Part shown: positions 37,996 through 53,100 of the stretch, in pieces
Position numbering within the stretch: position 1 is the first letter of the stretch
Layout of the letters: each line of letters starts with the position of its first letter
From: Rotaria socialis
Taxonomy: Eukaryota
Length of the DNA: 64,000 bases
Direction: 5' to 3'
Assembly (NCBI GenBank): GCA_905331295.1
Contig: CAJNYD010000548.1
Coordinates: 62,001-126,000, forward strand
Notes under the pieces: model-generated
Database searches by the model: none
Seen by the model: only the letters and a program-made list of their open reading frames with translations
What the model was told of the DNA's origin: nothing
Position numbers and translations under genes: made by a program

Positions 37996-38727
37996 GAATG
38001 GGTAATTGCCCATCTCATTTTGAGTTTCATCCACTGAAATTTTGTTTTTAGAACTGTTTATTTATTTTTGACTTATAGATAGTAACTGTTTTTCCTCACC
38101 AGAATGATACATACACTCTTTACTTATCCTTTCTATGAAGAATTATGAACCAGAAAAAAGAATCGCTTCTTGTATATTTTTATTGTAAGTTAATTATTTT
38201 GACTTAGAAGCTACTGTCGGTCTATAATGAAACAAAATATAGGCTAGACGAACTTGCTGCTGCATACATTCATAAAGATCTCGAGATAAATTCAGATGAA
38301 ATATTGAAATTATATGCACAAATGTATCATTGTCATTTTAGTGTTTCATTTTGAAACATAAATGTTCTTAATAGGCACATTAAAAATAGACTAAAACACA
38401 CCTGTCTCATGTTAAAATCTGAATTTTGTACATATTCGATTGAAAGAAACTTACTTTGTGGAATTTTTTTACTACGCTATCCGTAATTTGTTTGGCCAAA
38501 AGCATGATGAAGATAATGTTAAAAACGATAAGTGTTTTATAGTCGTTTCAGACCTTTTAAGACGCCGATTCAGAGAGTCTGAATGATCGCCCTGGCACAT
38601 AATTGATTGTGTGATGATATTTCTTTTATTGATTTTTATAAATTATAGCATGATGGAACTTATGAACAGTTTTTAAGTGCTTTACTTTTGTTATTTTTTA
38701 TTCAACCTTTCTAGATGTCAAATCTAT

Positions 38728-39014
38728 CCCAGTTCAATGATTCCGGAGGACGGATACTGTAGAAACTGGTTGGAAAGATGCGCAAAAATCAGCGTATCTA
38801 GCCGGAAAACGCTGGGAAGTGGGAGCAGTATTCCGATCGGGAGTTGACGGATTTTTTTCCGGTGTATTCCGGTCAACATCTAGCCGGAAATTAGAGGAAA
38901 CTGACCGGAATCCGCAGGAAAATAATCCGGCTATTTCCGACCGGAATAATGTTTCTACTTTCCAGTGCTTCCTTTGCTTGCCGGCCGTTTCCCGCCGTAC
39001 CTCCATGGCCTGGG
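38728..39014. mobile_element. CMC-like MITE related to 35958-36254
   Basis: at|cccag...ctggg|at (2-bp TSD at); internal gcagtattccg...cggattttt...ccggaaa...ggaatccgc similar to the 35958 element. Confidence 0.78.
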
Positions 39015-39645
39015 ATATATTGTGAAACACTTTTACGTAAAAATACTAATCTACTACTAAGTTCAACAGTACAATAAATTCTTGTTGAAAACAATCAGCC
39101 ATTGTATGTTTCAATGAATAATAGCACATAAAAGATAGCATTAGAGGTGACTTGTTCAGTTCATGACGATTCTTCTGCATTAAAATTGTAGTGATACATT
39201 TGTATCGTATCAGTAAAAGTAAAAATAATGAAATTGATTTTTAATGAATTCTATCCAAAAGAAGTTACCTTACGAATATCTTCATTTCATTGGAATGAAT
39301 CGTAAATCGCTTTTAATCGTATAGTGATTGTATTCATTGATCACTATACCGCTCGGAACAGTGTGATTTCATACGACATCTATTCCGAGTACTCGGTCAT
39401 ATTTACTAAAGAGTATATATCAATACGCATTGTAACGCAGAACAGGGTATGCAATGCAAGCATGCATAATAATATATATTCATAAATCATTGGTTTGTAT
39501 ATATACTTGAGTACTAAATAGAGCTGACAACAGCTTATTTTCATATTAATATTCTTATGATTTTCATGTCCATATGTTTCAGCTATAGACACGCCGAAAA
39601 ATGAGTAATAAACAGATACTCAATTATTATCGGTCTATCAATTGA

Positions 39646-41828
39646 ATGACTGAAACTCATACTGAAACTATGACTTCACACCGACACTCGTTATTATTTG
39701 AATGCTTCCAAATTGGTTCATTATGCCTGGTTTGGTACAGTGAGTTGAAATATAAATTGAATAATTTATAATCGTTAAATCTTATCATATAGGTTCATCA
39801 GCAGTAGGCAATGTTATTGTCAAAGAGCTACTCGAAGTATTTCCGTTTCCATTAACAGTTACACTTGCACAATTATTAAGCATATGGATTCTTTGTGTTC
39901 CACTTATGCAGTTTGTAGAATTATTGTGAGTTTTAGTTTTTAATTAAAAATATTTATTTTTATAGAGTATGGAAAGTTCCTCCGCCTGAATATCTTCATC
40001 AAAATCGTATTTATTATTTTAAAGTAATAATACCACTGGCAATAGGTAAATTTCTTGCACAATTATCATCTCATGTTAGCCTTTGGAAAGTGCCTGTTTC
40101 TTATTCCCATACAATAAAAGCAACAATGCCATTGTTTACTGTGTAAATTTTTGTTCTTTTCCTTTCCTATTTATTATTATTTGTTTTTTATTTTAATTTC
40201 TAGAGTTTTATCTCGTCTTATACTGCGTGAAAAACAAACTAGTACTATTTATTTAACTCTAATCCCTATTGTTGTCGGAGTTGTTATAGCATCAGTTACA
40301 GAACTTTCATTCAATATGACGGGCTTAATTAGTGCTTTACTTTCTACATTTGGTTTTTCATTACAAAATATTTATTCGAAAAAAGTAAATTAATAATAGG
40401 AAATCTTTTTTTCTCGTATCTCTATGATTCATTTTGTTGTTCTAGTCTTTGAAAGATATTGCCATTCATCATTTTGTGTTACTTTCATTGCTAGCTAAAA
40501 TCGGGTTTTGTCTATTTATGCCATTTTGGTTTTTTTTCGATGGATATACTATTTATTATAATGAAAAATATGTGAGTAGTTGATAATTTTATTGAAATAA
40601 GTCCATCAAACAAACCCCAAAAATAAATTATGCTGTGTGTTTTTTTCCTATTAATTTAGCGTGAATACAAAGCAATGTTGCATGCTATCTTTTTTTTAAC
40701 TGTTGATGGTGTACTTAGTTTTATACATAATGTTGTGGCTTTCACAATTATATCACTGGTATCACCACTATCTTACAGTATCGCGAATAGTACGAAGCGT
40801 ATTGTCGTTATTAGTGTATCGTTATTTATATTACAAAATCCAGTTACAATAACTAATGTTGTTGGTATGAGTATAGCTGCAATAGGTGTTATGTTCTACA
40901 ATAAAGTAAGTCATAGCTACTTTTTTTTATTGTAATGCACATTACAAGAATAGTTTTATTGGAGACATTGTATTAATAAATGTTTCAGAAGAAAATTTTT
41001 ATCTTTTTTTATTACTTCTTAAGAATTGATGCAGCTATCGAATAGAAAGAGTACTTTTTTCTCCCATAAGATATGCGAAGAATAATACCTACTATATTGC
41101 TTTACTTCTTTGTCATATAATCACAATAGACTTGACAATTACCGGTATGAATAAATTAACAAAAACGTTTTTTAATTTATATGTTCGCATTTATTTTCAA
41201 GAGCAACTAAAGCCCGATCAGTAATTCCTACATTACTCTAAGACCAAAGAAACTGTTCGTCTTTAAAAAAAAAGAAAAAAAAGATTAGGTAACATGAATA
41301 TTAGTCGAATACTATTTTCCAGAATAAAAGATAAAACTTAATTTAAAAAACCTCATGATTATTATTCTTAGACGGTTATGATACTTTTTTCCTTTCATTC
41401 TATTGTGTTAAACGCCTACATTATTTTTTATTTGAAACTAACTTTCCATTTAATTCAATTTCCGGCGAGTGTCCATAGTGAGTAAACACACTGATTCTCT
41501 TCCGGTTAAATCCATGAATTATTCTTCTATAGAAACAACCAGGTAAGAAAACCTCATTGAAAGTATTAAACTAAGAGATCTACCATTGAAATCTATCATT
41601 TATTTGTTTTTAATTTACTTCCAGGCCAAATATGATCAACGTCGTATTCAACATAAAGAAACTATTTTACCATTAGTTCGAAGTGAACCCAATTTAACTC
41701 CATTAAAACATGATGATCTTTCATCGTCTCATACACCCTCCGAATTAACAGCACGTCACCATGGATTATTACTTGAATCTCGGCCATCAAACGATACTTA
41801 TGGAAATCAAACATTTAAAGACGTTTAA
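39646..41828 (+). CDS. SLC35E1: Solute carrier family 35 member E1 (triose-phosphate transporter/DMT family)
   Basis: [119 protein letters not shown]. Confidence 0.93.
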
Positions 41829-42314
41829 CAACTTGTCCTATTTTTGTTTTGTTTTGTTTTTATCTTACTAATTATTCTTCTAGTAAATGAAATTTTATTC
41901 TTAAAAGAGCAAACTAGGAAGATACAAGGCTCAGTTAACCAAAAGAGGAAAAAAATCAACATGAGAAAGAAGTCAACAAAGCAGAAAAAAGCGAGTAAAT
42001 AATTCAAATATTAATAATAATAATAGTAATAATAATGTTTTAAGAAAAAAAAATTGTGAAATTATTTTGTTTTGTCAAAAAAAAAGGAAAATAAACAAAA
42101 ATTTTAACGCAACAATTTTCATAATAGAAAAAAAATTGACTGACTGTCTAAATTCGAATAAATAGATGAATATATCTTGACTATCGGCAAGAAAAAGAAA
42201 AAAAGAGAAAAAGAGAAAAAAAACGTAATGTTTGACTAGGAATGGAATAAACAGACACACAATTTCGTTGTTATTATTCATGACTAGATATACACTGTGC
42301 GTCAACAAAGAACT

Positions 42315-44455
42315 TTAATATGGTTTAGCCAAATCTTTTGGACGTTTCAATTGAACTTTTAAACGTTTCATACCAATTTGAAATCCATTCATTGATTGTA
42401 TGGCTAAAAAGAAAAAGAAATGCGATTATGATTAAATAGGAAAAAAATTCTTATTCTTGCCTTGCTGAGCACATTGAGGATTATCATAAGACACAAATCC
42501 TAGAAACATAAGAAGAAAAAACTCAATACAGTTAATTGATGAAATTTTCGAGATGAGAACAGAGAAAAGAAAAGACTACGCGTGCAATGAGAATAAAAAA
42601 AAGAGAGAACTACATTGGATTGTCACATCACAACATCGAATAAAGAAAAAAATAACAATGTTTCTAGCTCTAGCCCTTGATGCGGCGATCCAGTACTTAG
42701 TTCAGATCTTCTTTTTTTTGTCCCCGTTGGCTCGTTTACTTTTATTTTCTCCTTTTTTCTTTCTCACGACATATAGAAACAATAACATTGAAACATATAT
42801 ATATATATGTACCAAAACATTTTGATTGATTGGTGGCTCGGTCAACATAGACCTTGGCCGATATAACATTGCCGAATGGCATAAACATTGATGCAAGTTC
42901 GGAATCACCAAACTCTTGTGGCAAATGGTAGATGAAAAGATTGCAACCCTCTGGTCCGAAGAACTGTGGTAGAGCTATGAAATCGAAATCGTTTAAAATT
43001 ATTTCGAGAAACAAAAAAGTTTATAATAAACAAGAGCATATCACTAGTCACAGAATAGTTTCTATGCTTAAGATTATTATTACTAACCTTCTTTTCCTGG
43101 CGATGCTAATGCACTTGGAATGAGTGTTGTAGTTGGTAAATGAGAGTAAATCGCTGTTGGAGCATATATTGGATATTGAGCAGGTAAAGTTGTATAAGTT
43201 GCTGTTTGTTGAATTTGTAAACCAGTTGCTGAATCAATCGTTGGACAAACAGCTAAAAATAAATCAAAGTAAATGGACATAGCGAATATATATATGCGAA
43301 TGATCTTTACTGGAATATTGCATTCCAGATGAAAACAAATCTGTAGGTTGACCATTTGGACCAGGTCCTGTTGTTTGATAAATCGTAGTTGAACCATTAT
43401 TAACAGGTGATGCATTGACTAAAGAATAACTAGGAAAGTCCATATTGTCACAATCACCTAAGAGATTATTTTACTCGAATTTCAATTTTATCTTTGAATT
43501 ATATATTAAAAAAAATTTTTTTTTTTTAAATTACCAGTCGATGGTGTCATAGTGCCATTACTCATCGGTTGACCCGATGTTGTTATTACTGGTATAGTTG
43601 TATATGTTGTTTGATGTGAGCCATTTGATGAGGCTAATAGAGTTTGTTGTTGTATTTGTGTATAACCTTGATAGTTTAAATTTGCTGCTATTTGTTGAAG
43701 TACTAATGGATTGGATAGAAGTCCAAGGGGGCCAGCTAATTGCTGCATACGTCTTAATTGACGTTCTTTTTCTGTATCAGCAAATTTAACAACAATAGAT
43801 GACGATGCACCTGGAAACGTTTGACTGCCATGAACATTTTGTATTGCTTGTTGAGCTTCATTGTGTGTAGCAAATTTTACAAATGCACAACCTTTACTAT
43901 CACCATTGGGTCCACGTAAAATTGTACATTCTTCAATAGTGCCATATGGTTCAAATATAGTACGAACATTTTCTTCTGTCATTTGTTTGTTCAACATGCC
44001 AACAAATAATTTGCGATCTTCTATTAATAGAAGAAGAAAAAAACCATATAAAAAGTACATTTATCTAAGCACACAAACACATCTGTCATCTGACTACATA
44101 CACACGCACATACATACAGACACTCTTGAACTAACTTAATTATTTAGAGTTGTAACTATTTCAGTTTTTTCTCTCACCTAAATTTCGTATTCGATTTATT
44201 GTCGTTGAATACTGAGGTTGTGTATGATTTGATGCTGTTACCATCATGTGAATATGTGTTTTATGGAATATAAGGAGAAGACTGATGAAGATGTTAAAAA
44301 AAGAAAATTTCTTCTGTTTCTCTTGTGCTCTTCGCTCGGAAATCCCTAGCGTCTACTTCGCTTCTGTTTCTTCTTCTTCTTCTTCTTCTTCTTCTGCTTC
44401 TTCTTCTTCGTTTTTTTGGCGACCGGAAAAAGTAGTCACTATTTTTTCTTCTCCG

Positions 44456-44495
<40 letters not shown>

Positions 44496-45058
44496 TCTAT
44501 TGCTCTACTACCTAGCTTGCTATTTGAACCGCTCTTCTTTCTATATTTTGTCGGGTCAAATTTCTATCGTCGATGAGAAATCTTATTAGGCTTTTTTTTG
44601 TCTGTCAGACAAAAAAGGATGATGCTGCTGTTCTCGCTCGCTCTTTACCGATTGGACAATTTGTTTTTCTTTATTCTACCCGAGTTCTTTTTTTTTGTGA
44701 GCGTGCACTATCGCTTTTCTGCAGGGAACAAAAAAATTCTCTTTTCCTCGCTAACTACAATTAACCTGATGTGTGTATGCATCTGTCTGTCTGTCTATAT
44801 GTGTATGTGATGAAAATGACAGAGGAGAAAAAAATTAAGAAACAAAGATAATCATTAGAAAATAAGAAGAAAAAAAACGATGTATGTGACTTTTCACAAC
44901 GAAGAGGCTGAGCACATCAATATGAACCGAGACAAAAACTAGCACGATGATTTAACATTACGCCATTTAGTTAGAAATATAGAAAGAGTGATCAGCAACA
45001 ATACAGGCACCATCACCACCATTAATAAATAAACGACAAAAAAATAAAATATATACAC

Positions 45059-45089
<31 letters not shown>

Positions 45090-48000
45090 CTAGCTAACTC
45101 ACATTCATATTTGTTGTTGCTAATGCTGATGCTAAAGTCAGATATACAGGTGCTATTCATAAAAAAATAATCATCACGGTGGGGAAAAGACGAAGAAGAA
45201 GAAAAGCGAATGATCAAGAAAAAAAAGGAGAAATTTGCAGTTTTCTTTTTTTTTTCAAATTCTATTGCAATATTCAAATTTTGACTATTATAGTTCGACT
45301 GTTGCTGCGTCATTTCCGCTTGCTGTCATCAACAATAGATTGTTAATTTCCTTTTTTCTCTACTGCAATTTTTAAGTGTTATCTTTTCTAAAAAAAAAAC
45401 CGTCTGTCTATGTATATATCTCGTGCCAACGTACACATGGGTTCATAAAGAGAAAGAATATTGAATTTTGTTTTTCATTTAAAATTTGCTAATAAGAATT
45501 CTTTACTGTCATGAAATAGATGTTACTAGCCAATGAATAAACGATCCGTTAGATAAATAAAAGAAGAACCGTTTATAACCAATAGAAAGTCAAGGATGAG
45601 TAGATTACCTGTTCGTGATTCGCTATCAGCTGGCTTGACTTGAATAGGACGACTCATCTAAAAAAAATAAGAAACGAATTAGTTTATTTGTTTTTTTTTG
45701 GACAATTTTGGCTATTTTGGCTATTTTAGTTATTAAAACCTATCAAAGTGTCTGTGTGTTTTGTCCTTACACAACTACTCCGTTTTTTCTTTTTCCTTCT
45801 ACTACTACTTCAGCTTCGTTTTAGTCTCGTTCTCGCTTTTTCTTTTGCGTTCTCTAATTCTCTCTGTAAATTTCTTTTGAGCTACATAATTAGTAATCGG
45901 GACGAGGAGACTATCGACTGGGTGGTGGTATAGCACTTCCGTTTCAACAAAGGGTGGAGCCTTTGGTATCTTGTCTATTCGAAAATTAATTGTCAAGCAC
46001 GCAATCCTGTGATATATATATGGATTGGTGCTCGTTCTTCCTCTATCCATCATCGCTTTTTTTTCCTAAAAGTATTATACACGCAGGTTCATTCTAACTA
46101 GCCAGAGGCTATTTCCGTTTCTATTCCTAATTCGCTTGACGTTTGCCATGATAGACATAGGATATGACAAGCTTTCCGACATCCCTATTCAGTCATCTGT
46201 ATATATTTCATTCACTTGAACACAATCCTAATTGTATACTCTTGACAACGGCTAAGTTCAAAGAAGCAATCAAGGAGAAAATCGACACGTGTCCTAATGG
46301 CATTCTAGCTTCTTTTTTTTTCTTCTTTTTTCTATTCTAAAAAAACAAACTAGTAAAGACAATTACTCACGGTGACCGTACTTAATGAATGAGAGAAAAT
46401 TGACAGAGAAATAGAAAAAGCTGTCTAATATAATAATAAGAGACTTCATATCTACACATTTTTTTTTATGTTTAACTTACAATTATAGTGGAAGATTCCG
46501 AAGAAGTAAAAGAAGGAACATCGATGCTGTTGTTACTATATTTTCTTTTCATTGTGCGCTTAGGCGCTTTCCAACTGACAACAGCTAGTCAGAATTTAAA
46601 TGCATGCTTTTAAACACGCAAAAAATCTCATATACAATAACCTGGAATTGATTCGATGGTGATAAGACCAGCTCTCTCTTTTAATATGAATATATATATA
46701 TATATATATATATTCAAATTAAAATATATATGAATAGTTGTCCGAACAAAAAAAGCAAACGAGAGACGATGGAAAGAAAAGATAAGTTGATGAGAAAAAA
46801 ATCTCGCCTGTCGCGTGCTATTTATAAAAAGGAAAAGCATGTTCATTGTGAGTCGGAAATAGCAGTATGCGTCTATTGTATTAAATCGGGGGATGAAACG
46901 AACACACACAAACAAAAAAAAAATAGAAGCTCAAGCGAATGTCAAAATGAATACGAACTGCAGTGGATATAGAAGAGGATCCTTATGATTGTCTTTGGTC
47001 TCATATGAAATCTATAAATGAAATTGATGCATTGACTTTTGTTTATTTTCCTATTATCATAGAAGAAATCCTTCAACTATATGCACACACACGCACACAC
47101 ACACACATAAAGAAGTCAACACCCATGAACTCTATCTAGTATATTTGTAAGAGAACAATGAAATGAAGATCATTTTGTCAATTAGAACTTCTTCAAAAAA
47201 TTAGAAAGGATAAAAGAACGATAAATGGGTTTGTTCATTAGATGTAGACAAAGAATCTTGCGGTATGCATTAAATCGATGAATTCACACATTTTCTTGAT
47301 TATGTTTATATCACTTATTACAAAGGTACGACTTCAGGAATGCATTGATCAATCTAGTCTAGTGCATAGGCGACAGAGTCATTAGGCTCGCGAGGCTAAA
47401 GCCTACCCTAGGTTGAAAGTGGGTAGGACTTGATAGATTGAAACTGGAACAGATAAATGTTTGGATAGGTTGTTATATGCAAAATGGATTTATTCTTGTT
47501 TAGTTTTGGGGCTTTTCTAACAAATAACACATTATTACAAAATCATTTCATATTTTCTCTTCTAGTAACTCGTTCGCAATGAAGTATTAGTTGAACGTTT
47601 TGGCATTAAAATTGACATCTAATTCGTAATTCTTAATTTAAGATAGCTGAATTGTTTCTGTAACTTCTGTTTAAGATTACTTTTAAATCTTAGACACTGA
47701 AGTAACATTATGTGTGCCGTGCAGAAATACGAGTTAAACAAAAATTATTAAATGACGATCAAAATCATATGCTTATAGTTGACACTTACAGTTCTTTTTG
47801 TCGATTTCAGTCTGACTTCAACTCGTTTTTTCTTCAATGGTGAGATTTGATTTGTTCAAAACGTTGAGTCTACCCTAGATCGAAATCGTTCCACCGCCTA
47901 TGGTCTAGTGTTATCCCCTAATATTCTAATAGTATGCTATTCTATTTGCCTATAGGTCTTCTCGAGTTGACATGTCATTATTGAACGGAATACATAGATG

Positions 48001-49346
48001 AGAAATTTAGCACGTGCACTACATTGATGCATTTTTTTTTATAAAAAAAAAAGATGTTCTAGTGACATCTATAATACATACGCCTGGCAATGTTCGTCGT
48101 TCGTGTAATGATTGCTGAGCTTTAACTGCAGATTCACGATGACAATAAGTGAGAAATGCACATCCTAAAATAAGACAAAGATGAAATTAATATGTCTTGT
48201 TTTACGAGCACACTTATATTGTCGTAGTTTGTATGTTTCAAAATAGATGACATCTGTCGAAATCTCCTTACCATTAAATGTATCAACCAACATGATGAAA
48301 CTGTAAAAACTGAATGAATGAGTGAATATGAATGAATATAACGTTTGCTACTTTCGTTTTAGTTTAAAAGTTGACCATCTGTCAAGGAAAAAAAAGAAAG
48401 AAAAAAAACAACAAATGATTATTAATATCGTTCATTGCCTGTATGGCGACGACCGTCAATGCAAGAAAAGAAACAGTGCCATTACAATACAAGAGAAGTG
48501 TCAATGGGGAAAAGAAAATAAATAGAATTTTTCTTCGTCTCCGTCTCCGTCTCCTTCCCCATGCATTTCTTTTTTTTTGACCACTATGAACGAAAAATAA
48601 GTATTCTTGTCATGAACGAAACATATTAGACAAGTTATCGAGTCTTTTTTTTTCATTATATTCTATTTTATGTTTCGGTCATACAGATGGTCGCAGCTAC
48701 GTGCCCCCCCCCCTCCCCCGCTTCCCAACACACGTCTTGAAATCAATCAATCGATCATTCATTCGTCGACAACATTCACCTTCATCATAGAGAAAAAAAA
48801 ATGAACATATCTTTTGCGCACCGTTTCAGATATAAATGAGTACCGGAAATATGCGTTTTACTTCATTACACATAGAGCTTGATGATTCGCCTGAAGGCAT
48901 ATGAAGAAGAAAGCAAACTTTCTAAATCTTAATTCCTTACCTCGATGCATGCCAGTAAATCTATCTTTAAGTACAGTTAATTCATAGATTTGTCCATACT
49001 CTTCAAATATGGGTCTGAGATCATTTTCTTCTAAATGTCGTGGTATTTGTCCAACAAATAATTTTACTGTATCCATATCTTTGAGATCGGATGACGGTGG
49101 CGTTGAACCGCGAGACATATAGGCTGTTGGTGAAGCAATCGGTGACATATATGATGAACTTGTTGTTTGTATAGGTGCTAATTGAGATGATGAATGAATT
49201 TGTTGTTTTTTATTTTGTGTTGATAAAAGCGAAATAGGAGATGGCGTCGTCGGATAGATAGTTGCATATTGCATTGATGATGTCGTTTGAATAGGAGTAA
49301 AATGAGCGTGTGACGATGGTAGTTGTTGTTGATGACTATATTGCAT
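42315..49346 (-). CDS. CELF/Bruno-like RNA-binding protein, CELF3-6 (unc-75/bru-3) subfamily, three RRMs
   Basis: RRM1 [24 protein letters not shown]..|[17 protein letters not shown] (exon ~48081-48164)|[18 protein letters not shown]2 [39 protein letters not shown]3 [40 protein letters not shown]. Start codon tentative. Confidence 0.93.
44367..44490. repeat. (TTC)n and (CT)n microsatellites inside a CELF intron
   Basis: Direct inspection. Confidence 0.9.
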
Positions 49347-50150
49347 TGATAATGATGATCGGGAAGAACAAATAAGCACATATATTTATAAATGACAAAA
49401 AAAGAAAACAAAGGAGGTGATGCAAAGAAAAAGAATTAGTAGATTGATGGCTAGACCGATCGCCAAATGAAAAACTACATGACTATGACAACGAGTGTTA
49501 TAGTATTGACACATTCGACAAACTTGCTCTAGTGCATTCTAAAAACATAGCAATAGAGAAAAAGAGCCTATAAAATAGGCTAGAAGAAAAATCTTCTGTT
49601 TCTCTTTTCTCTCAATGTCCCTCGTCGATATCTATACTTGCATTTTGTTTAATACGATAGGCAGAATAGGCAAAAAAAACTACTATGACTAGTAAAAGAG
49701 AGAGAGAGAGCGCGCAAGGGAGACATAGAGAAACAAGGAAAATCATCATAGTATATTCTCGACTACTGTAGAGAGAATGAACGATCATACGAAAGAATTA
49801 ATTTATATGTAAAACTAAAAAAAAGAAAAAGAAAAAGAAAAATGTTTGCAGCTCACGACATTAAAATATTGACATTGGATGCGGTCGTCATTTTTTTTAT
49901 AAGCTAAAATCTAGAAGAAGATTGATGCGATAATCATCTTTATCAAGGCGTGCAAATAATGATGTCGTTTCCTAGTCTGTTCTCAACAGAAAAACTCATG
50001 AATGATGAATTCTAGTTACCATCATTTGACTATCTAAAGCCAATGATTGATCACAAACGGAAGACGTTATTCTCGTTGAACACATAGCCATTACAACAAT
50101 TAGGAAATAAGATTTAATCAGCAAGCGACTAACATTCGCTTGTCGTTTTC

Positions 50151-50185
<35 letters not shown>
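50151..50185. repeat. (CT)n microsatellite upstream of CELF
   Basis: Direct inspection. Confidence 0.9.
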
Positions 50186-50190
<5 letters not shown>

Positions 50191-53100
50191 TCTCCCTTAG
50201 TTATTGAGTTTCTGCTATTGCATTTATTTTCAATATAATTCTTAACTAAGGAGAAGAGAAACAAGGGAAAAAGCAGAAAGAAAAATGCGACTAGTAACTA
50301 GTTCAATCAAGCAAGTAAATCAGTAGTCATTTCTTACTTTCTTTGTTTCTAATGTTAGACAAATAAAACGTAAGAGTTTTTAGACGTTCAAAGAAAATCA
50401 TACCTGTTATAATATTTGTTCTTTTAAAGAAAATACACTAGATCAATATATATAGCAACTTTGTTCTTATTTTCGAAAGTTGCTTTTTTTCCCTCTATCT
50501 CGCTTACTAGAATAGTTTGTTTAATCGATCGACCGAGAACACCTGTACTTATTTTTCTTTTCTTTTTCTCGTTCATGTCTAACTTGAGAAATCAGCAAAA
50601 CTAACACCGACAAAGAGCCTCTAGATCAAACTTATGCCGATGAAAAATAGCAAATTGAGTTGGTGCCATCATAACGCTCATCGTACATGTCCGACAGACT
50701 AATTTCATTAGGAAAATTTTCGAACTAACAGAATAGAAAAAAAAACGAAGAGACGGAATAGAATAAATATGTATATCTATTTTTTTTTACTTGACAGATG
50801 TATAAATCGATTTTTCTTGCCGTCTGAACGACCAATTTACAATTTATTCAATGATAATCAACAATCAATCAGTGTTTGACATTTTCAAAGAGTATTGATG
50901 CAAGAAAAGAAAAAGAGAAATTCTGTTTTTTTTTCTTTCTTTTTTTGTATTGGAAAAGCTCAGCTTCGCACATGTAAAAATTCTCATCGACAAATGATTA
51001 TTTTATATTCATAAATTCAGAATTAATGTAAATCTTGTGCAACTATTATCTCGGCTAGAAATTTATTTAGCAGAATTAGTAATTCTGAAAACAAAACAGA
51101 AAAAAAAGGCAAGAAAGAGAAGATTACAGGAAACAAACCATTGAGACAAAAGAAAATAAAAGCTAATTAAACATTAAATCATTTATTAACGATTCAGATG
51201 AATCATTGTATAAACTAATAAATTTCTTTTCTCATGACTTAAATTCTTCCTGCAAATTTTGATTATGTATTATAAATCGAAGAATTATTAATATAATCTT
51301 TGAGTGTTTCCATAAAAATGCCAATAAAAGTCAAAGAAAAAGAAATATTCGAATAAAATATTATTTTTAAACGAATCATCCTTATTCTTTGCAATCAAGT
51401 ATTCTTTGATGTTGAAGAAAATTCTTTGTTCAGTGAGTGACTCCAGTGAATTAGAATGATGCAGTAAACACATTACGTCAATTCTATAACATTGTAGTTT
51501 CTATTAATTTCTATCAATAGTTACACTGGCTTTATAGAGCGTCATAATAATAATACACAATCGTCTTTCCCTTCTTTTATTATTATATTTTCAAATAAAA
51601 TGCTTCTTTTTGCTACTCCATCATGATTATTTTCTTTTAAGTAATAAACTACAAACTAGAAGGGAAAAGAAAGTATCGATTGTGATCTCATCTAACATAT
51701 TTTATTGTTGTTTCTTTCTGTTATTAAAATATTTATATATTAATACATTTATATGTAATTCATTGTCAAGAGGTCTATTCATATTTATGCATTACATTTT
51801 AACATCAGTGGACTATTACAAAACATTATTAAAAGCATTGATCAATGGTGTTAGTACAGATCAGTATTCAAAGCAACTTTTTTTTATAGATATAAATTTC
51901 TAATTAAATTCACACTAAGGTCCCCAGTGTACTGATAATACTCTTTGAAATTATACATATGCGTATATATATATATATATGAGAAAAAACCATTCGAACG
52001 ATTGTGAATAATGAGGAATCTATAACAAATAGCTATTTTTGTTGTAGAACTTAAAAAAAATCTATATATCATATGTGATGTTGCTTTTCTTTAGAACCGA
52101 TGGCAATATGACGAGGCTATTGAGAGCGAGCCTCAATATATGTAAATAAAATTTTTGTCAGTATGATAAACACATTATTATTTTCGTATTGAATAAAACA
52201 CAATGTTCAATAAAGTTTGATGATAAGAAATATTTGTGATGGTACCCACAATAAGTAACTTCTGTAAAAGAACAACGAAATATTGAGTAATATTTAATAT
52301 TTGAATGCATATCGCAAAATTTGATAGTTCGTCACACGAGATATGCATATGCCTAGTTTGATCCCTCCTGGTAGACGACATATGGTTCAGTATTTATGCC
52401 TTTCCTTTCTTTTTCATTCTAGTATCTGCTCATGAAATTCAAAGGCATATAGTTGACTAGTAGATAGAAAAAATAAGAAGAAAAAAACGATGTCGAGTAT
52501 TTGAACTTATCTGTTCTATTTTCTTCGTTTGAATCTCATATCATATTCAAGTGCATCAATATTGAGAGTAAACAAAGAGATTTCGTTATTTTTCTCACGT
52601 TATATAAACTTGATTTATTTTTCGTTTCGATTTGATCTCAAAAAGAGTAAAATGAAATGTATCATCTACGAAAAAAGTTGTAGCACGTAACATAAACAAC
52701 CAATTCATACGTATAAATGCTATGCCTTCTTCTCACCTACGCATATATGTATATAGATATACATTCCATTGATAAATGATAAAAAATCCAAAGAAACACA
52801 AGAATGTAGAAGAAAGAAATCAGACACGATATACATGTTGTTGACGATGACATTTTTGTAATTTACCTTGAATTAACTTTTTTTCTTTTTTTGTTAACAA
52901 TTAGAATGAAAAGAACAATTCTGACTTGTTGCACTTATATTCAATACAACGTTTAAGAAATTTGATCTACGTGCATTTACAAAAGGTACCGCAAATTTAT
53001 ATTCATATATATATGTATATACTTGTTCCAATAGAATTTCAATCGAGCCATGAAATGAAACGGACTATGAATGATTTTATTGTATAGGAACATTGTCTAG

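Noticed and set aside
44285..45313. Poly-Ser and Ile/Tyr-rich ORFs
   Set aside because: Products of (TTC)n, (CT)n and (TA)n microsatellites in a CELF intron.
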